NCBI GenBank assembly: GCA_015489405.1
Contig: WFZU01000029.1
Location: 1 to 52,980 of the forward strand
Source of the DNA: Bacteroidales bacterium
GTDB taxonomy: Bacteria > Bacteroidota > Bacteroidia > Bacteroidales > S143-32
Direction: 5' to 3'
DNA: 52,980 nucleotides
Shown here: piece after piece, positions 1 to 9,552 of the stretch
Numbering within the stretch: position 1 is the stretch's first letter
Layout: every line of letters begins with the position of its first letter
The notes under the pieces: generated by a model
The model's input: only the letters and a program-made list of their open reading frames with translations
The model's database searches: none
Told to the model about the DNA's origin: nothing
Made by a program: the position numbers and the translations under genes

Positions 1-43
1 ATCAACGATTGATCCAAAAACTGTACAATTGCACATAACTATA

Positions 44-217
44 TTATACCCCGACAAAACCCCAAAATTTGTCGTTTTTTATGTCAATATTGAGGTTTAA
101 ATCCTCAATGGGAGATATGATATTACGTTTTACAGTATTACTTACGTGGGTATATATCATGCTTGTTTGGATGTTTTTGTGTCCCGGATATTTTGTTGTT
201 TGACGCCTACCTTCATA
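44..217 (-). pseudogene. C-terminal remnant (57 codons) of a tyrosine recombinase/integrase
   Basis: Hand translation of the minus strand gives YEGRRQTTKYPGHKNIQTSMIYTHVSNTVKRNIISPIEDLNLNIDIKNDKFWGFVGV*. An in-frame TGA lies immediately upstream. GHxxIxTxxIYTHV, containing the catalytic Tyr, is the box II signature of tyrosine recombinases. No N-terminal part is present, and the fragment is too short for the ORF track. Confidence 0.55.
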
Positions 218-290
218 TCAAATAATTACTATCGCGGCAAAGGTAAATAAATTTTTATTCACCAAAAAAGATAAAAAAAAATCATTTCAC

Positions 291-388
291 AACCAAAGAC
301 TTTACTTTTGTCAATGCGATGTATTGAGCTTGCCGAAATAAAGTTTTGAGTATGAGTATAACGAAGAGTCCGGTAATTATAGAAAGAC
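291..388 (+). repeat. Interspersed palindromic repeat, copy A (right half only)
   Basis: It aligns by eye with the right half of the copies at 34206-34353 and 6864-7045: TTTGTCAATGCGATGTATTGAGCTTGCCGAAATAAAGTTTTGAGTATGAGTATAACG...ATTATAGAAAG. The left arm is missing. Confidence 0.7.
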
Positions 389-474
389 TTTATCAGTTTG
401 TGCAATCATGTTTATTACACTAAGATGTAAGGTCCTACAAATTGCCGGAAAAACAAATAAGAATACCTGTTTTG

Positions 475-1257
475 TCATTTTTTAGCAGGGAACATTCGTG
501 TGAATACCCAATTGTGTTCGCTGCTCAACGGCTCGTTATAGGCATATCCTTCCCAATCGAAAAGTTTCAATTCTTCCGGATTGTGAATTTTATTTTTAAT
601 CATAAAGCGCACCATAAGTCCACGGGCATATTTCCCGTACATACTGAAAAAACGGTATTGCCCGTCTTTCAATTCTTTGAATTGGAAATGAATAACGGGA
701 TATTTTAATTTTGCCGTGTCCACGGCTTCAAAATATTCTTTGCTGGCGAGATTAAGCACTACCGGCGTATTGTCATTGCTCAATACCTCATTAATATGAG
801 CCGTGATTTTGTCAGACCAAAAATCGTATAAATCCCTTGCTTTTCCGACACTGACTTTGCGTCCCATTTCCATACGGTAGGCTTGGATCAAATCCATAGG
901 TCGCAATATGCCGTGCAAACCGGACAATATCCGGAGATGTTTGCCCGCAAAGAGCATCTCGTCTTCCGTGAAAGAAGCGGCTTGCAAGCCCCGGTACGCA
1001 TCTCCCATAAAAGTATAGACCGCCGCTTTGGCATTCTCTTCCGTGAAGGGCAAGTGCCAATTTTGAAAGCGTTCATAATTTAATTCCGCCAGACTCTCAC
1101 TGATTTTCATCAATTGCATCAGTTGGTGCGGATTATATTTTCTGATTTCTTCAATGACTTTCAATGAATCCTCCGGAAACAGCGGTTGTGTGGGAGGAAC
1201 GGCATAGCTTACCGCTTTGAGATTCAATCTTTTTGCAGGAGACAAGAGTGCTAACAT
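475..1257 (-). CDS. yaaA: YaaA-family (UPF0246/DUF328) peroxide stress protein
   Basis: The ORF is 475-1296. The internal start MLALLSPAKRLN matches the canonical YaaA N-terminus, and the ATG at 1257 was verified. Length and conserved blocks (SPAK, GDAYRGL, LRILSGLHG, NLASKEY) fit the family. Confidence 0.85.
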   Translation of the reverse strand: MLALLSPAKRLNLKAVSYAVPPTQPLFPEDSLKVIEEIRKYNPHQLMQLMKISESLAELNYERFQNWHLPFTEENAKAAVYTFMGDAYRGLQAASFTEDEMLFAGKHLRILSGLHGILRPMDLIQAYRMEMGRKVSVGKARDLYDFWSDKITAHINEVLSNDNTPVVLNLASKEYFEAVDTAKLKYPVIHFQFKELKDGQYRFFSMYGKYARGLMVRFMIKNKIHNPEELKLFDWEGYAYNEPLSSEHNWVFTRMFPAKK

Positions 1258-1368
1258 AATTTTATTTTTTCCCGTAGAACAAATGCACTGTTCCACTTGT
1301 TCAATTTTTATCCGTTTTAAACTTTCTTCATACTATTTTTTATCTACTTTCGCAAAAAAAATGAAAAT

Positions 1369-4300
1369 ATGAAATTCATCAAGACAGTCTTCTTGTTTCT
1401 TCTTTCATTTATCTTTGCCGGACTCCACGCCGGAGGTGTGATAAATCATCATTTATACGTAAAAATCCAACCGGAGACTTCTTCTATCGAAGTCATTGAC
1501 AGCTTGGATTTGAAGGATATGGAATTGCGCGAATTTCTTTTAAACTCCGCTTTTCAAGTAACTACCAAGACCCCGGGCGCGCATTTGACAAAGTTGAAAG
1601 AAAACGTAAAAGCCGGAGACATCGGAATGGATCACGATGCAGACGAGAAAAAAGACGACATTCAATTGACCCGCTGGCAGATCACGGGAAATCCCTCTCT
1701 CATTGTGCTTTCTTACCAAGGAAATATCAAATCCGTAATAGAACAGAGCAAAGCCAATTATCAGCGCGGCTTCGCCGAATCGTCGGGAATCATCAGCGAC
1801 ATTGGCATTTATTTAGCCGGTTCCACCTATTGGGTGCCGCAGTTTGACGGCGTTTTGTCCAAATTTGTACTTACGACCGAACTTCCTTCTCAATGGAAAA
1901 CCGTTTCGCAAGGGAAGCGTATTTTTGAAAAATCCGGAGACAAGCATATTGATACTTGGAAATGCGATAAACCGCAAGAAGAAATTTTCCTGATAGGAGC
2001 TAAATTTTATGAATATTCCTATCAAATGAACAACGGTATTCTCGCTATGGCATTTTTGCGGAGCGATGATGAGGCTTTGGCAAACAAATATTTGGAAGTA
2101 ACCGAGCAATATATGGATATGTATCAAGGATTATTGGGAAATTATCCTTATTCGAAATTTGCCTTGGTAGAAAATTTTTGGGAGACCGGCTACGGGATGC
2201 CTTCGTTCACTTTGCTGGGTGAAAAGATTATCCGTTTCCCGTTTATTTTATATTCTTCCTACCCGCACGAGCTACTGCATAACTGGTGGGGAAACAGTGT
2301 ATATGTGGATTTTGACGCCGGCAATTGGTGCGAAGGCACCACGGCTTTTATGGCAGATCATCTGATCAAGGAGCAACGGGGTGCCGGCGAAGAATACCGC
2401 CGTTCCATTCTCCAAAAATTCAGCAATTTTGTAAATCCCGGAAATGATTTTCCATTGTCGGAGTTCGTCTCCCGCCACGACGGTCCGAGCGAGGCTATCG
2501 GTTACGGCAAAGCACTGATGATGTGGCAGATGTTGCGTAGAAAATTGGGAGACCAAACTTTTGTCGAGGGAATGCGGAAATTTTATCAAAAGAATATTTT
2601 TCATTTTGCCTCTTATGACGATATCCGCCGGGCAATGGAAGAAGTGTCCGGAGAAGACTTGCAGGCATTCTTTGCCCAATGGGTTAAACGGAAAGGGGCA
2701 CCCGAACTGGCTATTGAGCGGCTCGTCCAAGAAAAATACGGAAACAACTACCGGATCAGGATTAGCCTGAAACAAGTGCAAGAGCAAGCCGTGTTTGATT
2801 TGGATATTCCTATCGGGATTGCTACGCAAAAGGGTACGCTAACGAAAGTGGTCAATATGAACCGGCGGCAACAGGAATTTCAGCTGTTTCTGAAAGACAA
2901 ACCGCTTAAAGTAGTCGTGGACCCGCAATATGATGTATTCCGGATATTAAATCCCGCCGAAGTGCCTCCTACTTTGAGTAAAATATGGGGCAGCGAAGAA
3001 AATGTGTTTATTCTCCCTTCCCAAGCAAGCAAAAGCCGCAAAAAAGCCTATCGCAATTTTGCAGAAAAATGGAAAGAGGCTGATAATGACCATTTCACTA
3101 TCGTTTTTGACAATGAGATTACACAACTTCCTTCGGAAAAAACGGCTTGGGTACTGGGTTTTGAAAATCGCTTTGCCTCTGCTTTCCGAGAAAGCCTGAA
3201 AGGCTATCATGCCGGATATAGTGAAGATTCGGTTTATTTCGGAAAGCAATCTTTGGCGAAAAAGAACACAGCTTTTGTTTATACACTCTTCAAAAAGAAT
3301 GACATACGGAAGCAAGATATTTTCATTGCTTTTGACAATACAAATGCGATAGCCGGTCTGATTCGCAAACTGCCGCACTACGGGAAATACAGCTATCTGG
3401 CTTTCACCGGAGACGAGCCGGTCAATGTAGCAAAGGGGGAATGGGCAGTGGTCAATTCTCCTTTGGTACGTGTTTTGGACGAAAAGGGAAGCAAGATGAG
3501 TGTAAGGGAAAAACGTGCACCCTTAGCTGAACTGAAGCCGGTATTTTCGAAAAAGAAAATGATGAATACCATCAAATTTCTGGCTTCGCCGGAATTGAAA
3601 GGTCGAGGCTTGGGAACGCCGGAATTGGAAAAGGCAACAACATATATCGAAGAAAGATTTAAGGAGGCGGGGCTACATCCTCCCGGAGAGAATTACCGGC
3701 AGACTTTTACCCACGTCTTTGATGACAAGGGGAAGATGACGCTGACCAATGTCGTAGGCTATATTCCGGGAAACGACCCGGAGTTGAAAAATGATGTCGT
3801 AGTCTTGTCCGCTCACTATGACCACCTTGGTTTGGGGTGGCCTGATGTACATCAAGGAGATGAAGGGAAGATACATCCCGGGGCGGATGACAATGCGAGC
3901 GGGGTGGCTATTTTATTGGAATTGGCGCGCACGATGGGCAAAACCGTCAAACCCAAACGCACTATCGTCTTTCTTGCTTGTACGGGAGAGGAAGCCGGAT
4001 TGATTGGCTCCCGCTATTTTGTAAAACATTTCAAAGACTATTTCAAGGGGGAGATTTTTGCAGACCTCAATATCGATACGGATGGAAGTTTGTTTGATAA
4101 GAAATTGATGGTGCTTAACGCCAATACTGCCAAAGAATGGAAATATATTTTCATGGGTACCGATTATACGACCGGAGTCCGCTCGGAAGTCATATCGCAG
4201 GATCTGGATGCCAGTGATCAGGTTGCTTTCATTGAAAAACAAATACCTGCGGTACAATTATTTACGGGTGCTACCCCAAACTATCACCGTCCTACGGATA

Positions 4301-4710
4301 CACCGGAAAAGATTGACGGGAAAGGCTTGGTCAAAGTGGCTAGCGTGAGCAAGGAGGTCATCACTTATTTGGCAGACAGGGAGGATCCGATGCCCTTCAC
4401 GGGAACGGGGGCAGAAGCCCACAGGGAGAAGCAAAAACGCGGCGGCAGAAAGGTGAGCACGGGTTCGGTGCCGGATTTCGCCTACGGCGGAAAAGGTGTA
4501 AAAATAGGAAGTTTGATCCCCGGCTCTGCCGGTGAGAAAGCCGGTCTGAAAGTCAATGATATTATTATTGCAGTGGACGGTCAGAAGGTAGAAAATTTGA
4601 AAGATTATTCGATACTGTTGAAAAAATATGCTCCCGGCGATAAGGTTGCATTTAAAGTCATACGGAACGGGAAAGAAAAAATTATCCGTATGAAGTTGGG
4701 CGCACGGTAG
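1369..4710 (+). CDS. Secreted multidomain metallopeptidase: M1-like gluzincin domain + M28 aminopeptidase domain + C-terminal PDZ
   Basis: Signal peptide MKFIKTVFLFLLSFIFAGLHA. M1-like zinc site HELLHNWWG...WCEG. M28 motifs AHYDHLG, GADDNASGVAILLELAR and TGEEAGLIGSRYF. PDZ-like GSAGEKAGLKVNDIIIAVDGQKV at the C-terminus. Confidence 0.8.
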   Translation: MKFIKTVFLFLLSFIFAGLHAGGVINHHLYVKIQPETSSIEVIDSLDLKDMELREFLLNSAFQVTTKTPGAHLTKLKENVKAGDIGMDHDADEKKDDIQLTRWQITGNPSLIVLSYQGNIKSVIEQSKANYQRGFAESSGIISDIGIYLAGSTYWVPQFDGVLSKFVLTTELPSQWKTVSQGKRIFEKSGDKHIDTWKCDKPQEEIFLIGAKFYEYSYQMNNGILAMAFLRSDDEALANKYLEVTEQYMDMYQGLLGNYPYSKFALVENFWETGYGMPSFTLLGEKIIRFPFILYSSYPHELLHNWWGNSVYVDFDAGNWCEGTTAFMADHLIKEQRGAGEEYRRSILQKFSNFVNPGNDFPLSEFVSRHDGPSEAIGYGKALMMWQMLRRKLGDQTFVEGMRKFYQKNIFHFASYDDIRRAMEEVSGEDLQAFFAQWVKRKGAPELAIERLVQEKYGNNYRIRISLKQVQEQAVFDLDIPIGIATQKGTLTKVVNMNRRQQEFQLFLKDKPLKVVVDPQYDVFRILNPAEVPPTLSKIWGSEENVFILPSQASKSRKKAYRNFAEKWKEADNDHFTIVFDNEITQLPSEKTAWVLGFENRFASAFRESLKGYHAGYSEDSVYFGKQSLAKKNTAFVYTLFKKNDIRKQDIFIAFDNTNAIAGLIRKLPHYGKYSYLAFTGDEPVNVAKGEWAVVNSPLVRVLDEKGSKMSVREKRAPLAELKPVFSKKKMMNTIKFLASPELKGRGLGTPELEKATTYIEERFKEAGLHPPGENYRQTFTHVFDDKGKMTLTNVVGYIPGNDPELKNDVVVLSAHYDHLGLGWPDVHQGDEGKIHPGADDNASGVAILLELARTMGKTVKPKRTIVFLACTGEEAGLIGSRYFVKHFKDYFKGEIFADLNIDTDGSLFDKKLMVLNANTAKEWKYIFMGTDYTTGVRSEVISQDLDASDQVAFIEKQIPAVQLFTGATPNYHRPTDTPEKIDGKGLVKVASVSKEVITYLADREDPMPFTGTGAEAHREKQKRGGRKVSTGSVPDFAYGGKGVKIGSLIPGSAGEKAGLKVNDIIIAVDGQKVENLKDYSILLKKYAPGDKVAFKVIRNGKEKIIRMKLGAR

Positions 4711-4791
4711 GCAAAAATTGCTTGTCTGTTTTTCCCGCAAGGGAGAAATGCAAAAATCTTTTTTGGAAATAAAAAATTAAAGATAACAGAT

Positions 4792-6867
4792 ATGAAAAAA
4801 ACGATGTTGATAATGTTGCTCGCAAGTATCATTATGTATTCTTGCGGTTCGCAACCGGTAAAAAAAGAGAAAAAAGAAATGGAAAAAGAAACGAAGGTGA
4901 AAGTGGATACATTTACGTATTTGGTTGAACAGTTTGCCGACCTTAAAATCATGCGTTATAAGGTGGACGGATTTAAACAATTGCCCCTGCAAGAGAAAAA
5001 GCTTATTTACTATTTAAGTCAAGCGGCTCTCAGCGGAAGGGATATTATCTGGGACCAAAATTATAAATATAATCTATTGATACGCAGGAGTCTGGAAGCG
5101 ATATACAAAAATTTTGAAGGAGACAGAAATACGGATGAGTTTAAGGCTTTTGAGAAATATCTCAAACAAGTTTGGTTTGCCAACGGCATTCACCACCACT
5201 ATTCGATGGATAAATTTCAGCCGGATTTTACCCCGGAATATTTTAGCAAACTTATTGCGGCTTCGCCGGAAGCGCATTTTCCCGAATTGAAAGGATACAA
5301 TAAGGCTTCGCTCATTCAAAAACTGACTTCGCTTATTTTTGATCCGGAGATTGCTCCGAAACGTTTGAGCCTGGACAATAGTAAGGATATGATAAAGGCT
5401 TCGGCTTGTAATTTTTATGAAAATGTAAGCCAAAAAGAGGCGGAAGCTTTTTATGACAAAGTAAAACAAAAGGTGGATAAAGAGCATCCCATCGCCTACG
5501 GTTTAAATTCCAAACTGGTGAAGGAGAAGGGGCATATCGTGGAAAAGATCTACAAAGTGGACGGTATGTATTCGGCGGCAATCGAGAAAATTATTTTCTG
5601 GTTGAAAAAGGCGGAAAATGTAGCCGTCAATGATTTGCAGCGTAAACACATCCGGAAACTTATTGAATTTTATGAAACCGGCGATTTGAAAACATTTGAC
5701 GATTACAGCATATTGTGGGCGGAAGATACGATTTCGAATGTAGATTTTGTTAACGGCTTTATCGAAACTTATGGCGACCCGCTGGGACTCAAAGGCAGCT
5801 GGGAATCCTTGGTAAACTTTAAGAATATGGAGGCTACCCACCGTGCGGAAATTATCAGTGAGAATGCGCAATGGTTTGAAGATCATTCTCCGGTAGATAA
5901 ACGTTTCAAGAAAGCAAAAGTGAAAGGTGTTTCCGCCAAAGTGATTACTGCGGCACAATTGGGGGGAGATACCTATCCTTCCACTCCCATCGGAGTCAAT
6001 CTTCCCAATTCGGACTGGATACGCAAAGAGCATGGCAGCAAGTCCGTAAGTCTGGAAAATATTGTGGAAGCCTACGACAAAGCCTCCGAAAGCAGCGGTT
6101 TCAAAGAAGAGTTCTACTATTCTCAGACCGAAATTGAACGGGCAAAGAAATACGGTTCTTTAGCCGACAAATTGCACACGGATTTGCACGAAATATTGGG
6201 GCACGGTTCGGGGCAATTGTTAGCGGGAACGAGTCCGGATGCGCTCAAAAACTACTCTTCCACCCTCGAAGAAGCCCGTGCAGACTTATTTGCGCTGTAT
6301 TATCTGGCAGATAAAAAGATGCAAGATTTGGGGCTCGTAGATAGTGATGATTTGGCGAAAGCCGAATATTATTCCTATATTCTGAATGGTCTGATGACTC
6401 AACTCAAACGCATTGAGCCGGGCAAAGACATCGAAGAAGCCCACATGCGCAATCGTCAGCTTATCGCCAAATGGGTCTTTGAGAAAGGTGCGAAGGATAA
6501 GGTTATCGAATGGGTCAAAAAGGATGGCAAAACCTTCATCAAAGTCAATGACTACGGAAAATTGCGTGAACTTTTCGGAAAACTTCTGGCAGAAGTTCAA
6601 CGGATAAAATCCGAAGGAGATTTTGCCGCCGGTAAAGAATTGGTTGAAAAGTATGGTGTCAAAGTGAACCCGCAACTGCACAAGGAGGTCTTGGAGCGTT
6701 TCAATAAGCTGCATATTGCTCCTTACGGCGGTTTTATCAATCCGGTTTATAAAGCGGTAGAAAAAGACGGAAAAATCATCGATGTGAAGATTGAATATCC
6801 GATGGATTTTGCAAAACAGAATTTGTACTATTCGGAACATTATTCCTTTTTGCCTACAATCAATTAG
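4792..6867 (+). CDS. Dipeptidyl-peptidase III family (M49) zinc peptidase, lipoprotein-like signal
   Basis: Both M49 signature motifs are present: HEILGH (HExxGH) and EEARAD (EExxAE/D). The N-terminal signal has Cys (IIMYSCGS). The TAG stop at 6865-6867 lies inside the terminus of the adjacent repeat. Confidence 0.85.
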   Translation: MKKTMLIMLLASIIMYSCGSQPVKKEKKEMEKETKVKVDTFTYLVEQFADLKIMRYKVDGFKQLPLQEKKLIYYLSQAALSGRDIIWDQNYKYNLLIRRSLEAIYKNFEGDRNTDEFKAFEKYLKQVWFANGIHHHYSMDKFQPDFTPEYFSKLIAASPEAHFPELKGYNKASLIQKLTSLIFDPEIAPKRLSLDNSKDMIKASACNFYENVSQKEAEAFYDKVKQKVDKEHPIAYGLNSKLVKEKGHIVEKIYKVDGMYSAAIEKIIFWLKKAENVAVNDLQRKHIRKLIEFYETGDLKTFDDYSILWAEDTISNVDFVNGFIETYGDPLGLKGSWESLVNFKNMEATHRAEIISENAQWFEDHSPVDKRFKKAKVKGVSAKVITAAQLGGDTYPSTPIGVNLPNSDWIRKEHGSKSVSLENIVEAYDKASESSGFKEEFYYSQTEIERAKKYGSLADKLHTDLHEILGHGSGQLLAGTSPDALKNYSSTLEEARADLFALYYLADKKMQDLGLVDSDDLAKAEYYSYILNGLMTQLKRIEPGKDIEEAHMRNRQLIAKWVFEKGAKDKVIEWVKKDGKTFIKVNDYGKLRELFGKLLAEVQRIKSEGDFAAGKELVEKYGVKVNPQLHKEVLERFNKLHIAPYGGFINPVYKAVEKDGKIIDVKIEYPMDFAKQNLYYSEHYSFLPTIN

Positions 6868-7045
6868 CGCGTGTCCATAAAGGTAAGAATCTGATCCGGA
6901 ATGTTCAAGAACAAGCCTGTCTACCGTATGTACAGGCAAGGCTTGCGAAATGCCCAAAATCAAGGAGTTGACTTCTGTCAATGTGTTACATTGAGCTTGC
7001 CGAAATGAAGTTTTGAGTATGAGCGTAACAATTTATTGGACATTA
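6864..7045 (+). repeat. Interspersed palindromic repeat, copy B (full core, right terminus truncated)
   Basis: TTAGCGCGTGTCCATAAAG...TTCAAGAACAAG...CAAGGAGTTGACTTCTGTCAATGTGTTACATTGAGCTTGCCGAAATGAAGTTTTGAGTATGAGCGTAAC...TTATTGGACATTA. The core is near-identical to the copy at 52549-52708. It carries a small internal hairpin insert, CCTGTCTACCGTATGTACAGG. Confidence 0.85.
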
Positions 7046-7057
7046 GGCGGATGTTGT

Positions 7058-7642
7058 TTATTTCTTTCCGGTAAGTCGCCGGTGAATAGAAAGAATTTGC
7101 GGCAACAGAAGTCTCTTGCCGTCGTTTACAATGACTTCATCGGCTAAGGCTGTTTTCCGGGATTCTTCCCATTGGTTTTGGACACGTTGCAGGACTGCTT
7201 CACGGCTCGTATGGTCTCTTTTCATGACTCTTTCGAGACGTAGTTCCAAGGGAGCGCTAACAACGATAATTTTGTCAAAAAGGTGTTCAAATGAATTTTC
7301 AAAGAGGATTGCGGCTTCCTGGATGGCATAAGGAATATCTCCGCATTGTGCAAACCAAATTTCCATATCTTTCTGCAAAGCAGGATGAATATTTTGATTG
7401 AGAAAAGCAAGCTCTTCTTTCGATTGAAAAACGATAGATGCCAGTTTTTTACGCCGGATATGTCCGGCTTCCATAATGTCCGCTCCGTAACGTTTTACCA
7501 GACGTTGTTGAACCTCCGGACTATCCAATATAATTTTGGCACGTTCATCGGCATAATAAACCGGCACGCCGAGCTCTTCAAACACTTTGCATACAAGCGA
7601 CTTCCCGCTACCGATATTTCCGGTCAAGCCCACTCTTATCAT
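7058..7642 (-). CDS. coaE: Dephospho-CoA kinase
   Basis: The N-terminal P-loop GLTGNIGSGKS, the length of 194 aa, and the overall CoaE pattern. Confidence 0.9.
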   Translation of the reverse strand: MIRVGLTGNIGSGKSLVCKVFEELGVPVYYADERAKIILDSPEVQQRLVKRYGADIMEAGHIRRKKLASIVFQSKEELAFLNQNIHPALQKDMEIWFAQCGDIPYAIQEAAILFENSFEHLFDKIIVVSAPLELRLERVMKRDHTSREAVLQRVQNQWEESRKTALADEVIVNDGKRLLLPQILSIHRRLTGKK

Positions 7643-7643
7643 C

Positions 7644-8618
7644 TTATTGCGAAACTTTTAAGAGTACAAAATCCAAGGAATCCGGCTCTATCTGCAAGAT
7701 ATTAAGATATTCCGGTTTTTGAAATACCACTACCGGAAGAACCCTCCGCCGGTTGAGATGCGTGGTGTCCACTCCCAAGATAATTTGAGCTTCAGAAAAA
7801 GATTTTACGGCTTTCAAGGGCAAGCGGTAATGTATTTTCACTTGTCCGGGGAGCAATCTTATATGCTTGTTATCGTAAGAATTTTTATCAATGCTTACGA
7901 TAGCCTCTTTGTTGATAAAACGTCCGGCGGTATAGGTCAGGCGTATTTGATTGCGATCGGCTTTAACCCCTTCGGGTAAAACAATCCCGGTAGTTTGAGT
8001 TTGTTTGCCTTCTTTATGGACTATCGGCACCTCTTTGAGACGAACGGCTGTAATCGTGTCAATCACTTTCGGATTTCCGTAAATCCTTATCCCTGCAGGC
8101 GAAGGAACGGGAGGATATAAATAAGACCAAGCATTATCCGTATGTATCGCGCCGCTTACATCAATGTTGACTTTACGGGAAGCCAGAGGCGTCTTATGGA
8201 AACGTATATATGCCGGTTTCACCGTAAAATGTAACTTCTTTTCAGCCCCTATCCTATCGCTGAGGAGTTGGTGCATATTTACCTTCCCTTTTTTGCCGGA
8301 CAATTCATTATCGTTGATGACAAAAGTATGCAGTTCCATATTTGATTTCCATATGCGGATACTCGCAGGGTCCGGAAGCCGGACAATGAAAGTACTGTCC
8401 GAAAGATATGTCAGCGTATCCTTGACGCCGGAATTAAGCATAATCCGGTATTGCAATTGCAAGCTTTGACGGGGATTAAAATCCAATAAAAACCACGCAC
8501 TCACGGAAATCCCGAGGAAAACGATAAAAATCAGAAAACGGTTCCCTGACGGAGATTTATAAGAATCCGTATCCTTTTGCGGATATAAGCGAGGTCTGTA
8601 TTTTTGTACCATATACAA
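7644..8618 (-). CDS. YbbR-like domain membrane-anchored protein
   Basis: One N-terminal TM helix followed by a repetitive beta-rich region. Its position between yajC and coaE is the conserved Bacteroidota arrangement. The family assignment rests on synteny and architecture only. Confidence 0.5.
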   Translation of the reverse strand: MYMVQKYRPRLYPQKDTDSYKSPSGNRFLIFIVFLGISVSAWFLLDFNPRQSLQLQYRIMLNSGVKDTLTYLSDSTFIVRLPDPASIRIWKSNMELHTFVINDNELSGKKGKVNMHQLLSDRIGAEKKLHFTVKPAYIRFHKTPLASRKVNIDVSGAIHTDNAWSYLYPPVPSPAGIRIYGNPKVIDTITAVRLKEVPIVHKEGKQTQTTGIVLPEGVKADRNQIRLTYTAGRFINKEAIVSIDKNSYDNKHIRLLPGQVKIHYRLPLKAVKSFSEAQIILGVDTTHLNRRRVLPVVVFQKPEYLNILQIEPDSLDFVLLKVSQ

Positions 8619-8722
8619 AGTTTAATCCCCAAAGAACAAACAAAAGGGACAACGCACGAAAAAAGCATCATCACATCCGGCTTCCGCTGGAACGAATGCC
8701 GGATTCTTTTACCGGAAAGGCT

Positions 8723-9052
8723 TTATTTTTTATCCAACGGGCTCTCACCATTCAGTGCGATAGAGCTCTTTTCAACTCTAAGTTTGACATTATTGTCCAC
8801 CTCAATCAGAAATGTAGTGTCATCCACTTGTACGATTTTTCCGTGAATACCTCCTGCGGTAATCACTTTATCCCCTTTTTTCAAGCTCTCGCGATATTTA
8901 CGTTCCTCCTTTGCTTTTTTCATCTGCGGACGAATGAAGAAGAAGTAAAAGACTCCGATAAAAAGGGCAATCATCAGCAGGTTCATACCGCCTGCACCAC
9001 CTTGTCCACCTTCGGGCGGAGCCATAAGAATAATGGAATTAATAAAATTCAT
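8723..9052 (-). CDS. yajC: Preprotein translocase subunit YajC
   Basis: TM helix followed by FFFIRPQMKKAKE...LKKGDKVITAGGIHGKIV, a typical YajC sequence. Length 109 aa. Confidence 0.9.
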   Translation of the reverse strand: MNFINSIILMAPPEGGQGGAGGMNLLMIALFIGVFYFFFIRPQMKKAKEERKYRESLKKGDKVITAGGIHGKIVQVDDTTFLIEVDNNVKLRVEKSSIALNGESPLDKK

Positions 9053-9089
9053 TGTTAATTTATTTTGTTCGTATTTGTAATTTCTATTT

Positions 9090-9542
9090 TTATCTCTCCG
9101 GACTATCCAAATCTGCGGTGATCGTTAATATCACACGATTGGGTTTTGCATTGGTCAAAACCGTAGCCCTTTTGGTTTGATGTCCGTGTCTTCCTTTGGT
9201 GTCGAAAGTCAAAGTAATAGAGCCTTCTTCGCCCGGGCGAATGGGTTTGTCTGAATATTCGGATACGGTACAACCGCAAGAAGTGCTCACATCCGAGATA
9301 ATCAGGTCGCTTTTGCCCGTATTCTTGAAGTAAAAAGTGTTTACCAAAATTTCGCCGGCTTCTGCATGCCCGAAATCATATTTGGTGCTCCTTTTAAATT
9401 CCATTACCGGAAGATTGCCCTTGACATTTTCTTTTGATGCGGTTGCCGGATTTGTAACATCGCCGGCATTAATTTCATGCTTGGATTCTCCGCAGGAGAA
9501 TATAATTGCACTGAGCAGAAGTAAAAATGCTATCTTCTTCAT
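9090..9542 (-). CDS. DUF1573 domain-containing lipoprotein
   Basis: Start moved to MKKIAFLLLLSAIIFSCG (ATG at 9542 verified; this avoids overlap with ilvE). The DUF1573 pattern F.F.N.G...L.I..V..SCGCT is present. Confidence 0.75.
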   Translation of the reverse strand: MKKIAFLLLLSAIIFSCGESKHEINAGDVTNPATASKENVKGNLPVMEFKRSTKYDFGHAEAGEILVNTFYFKNTGKSDLIISDVSTSCGCTVSEYSDKPIRPGEEGSITLTFDTKGRHGHQTKRATVLTNAKPNRVILTITADLDSPER

Positions 9543-9552
9543 TGTTAAATAA

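Noticed and set aside
44-7045. Integron-like interpretation: an IntI-like integrase C-terminus plus attC-like palindromic repeats following ORFs
   Set aside because: The recombinase is only a short relic. The repeats are scattered over 52 kb among housekeeping genes in both orientations rather than forming a cassette array. The flanked genes have their own promoters, and the repeat structure (TIRs plus a conserved core) does not resemble the attC R''/L''-L'/R' organisation.
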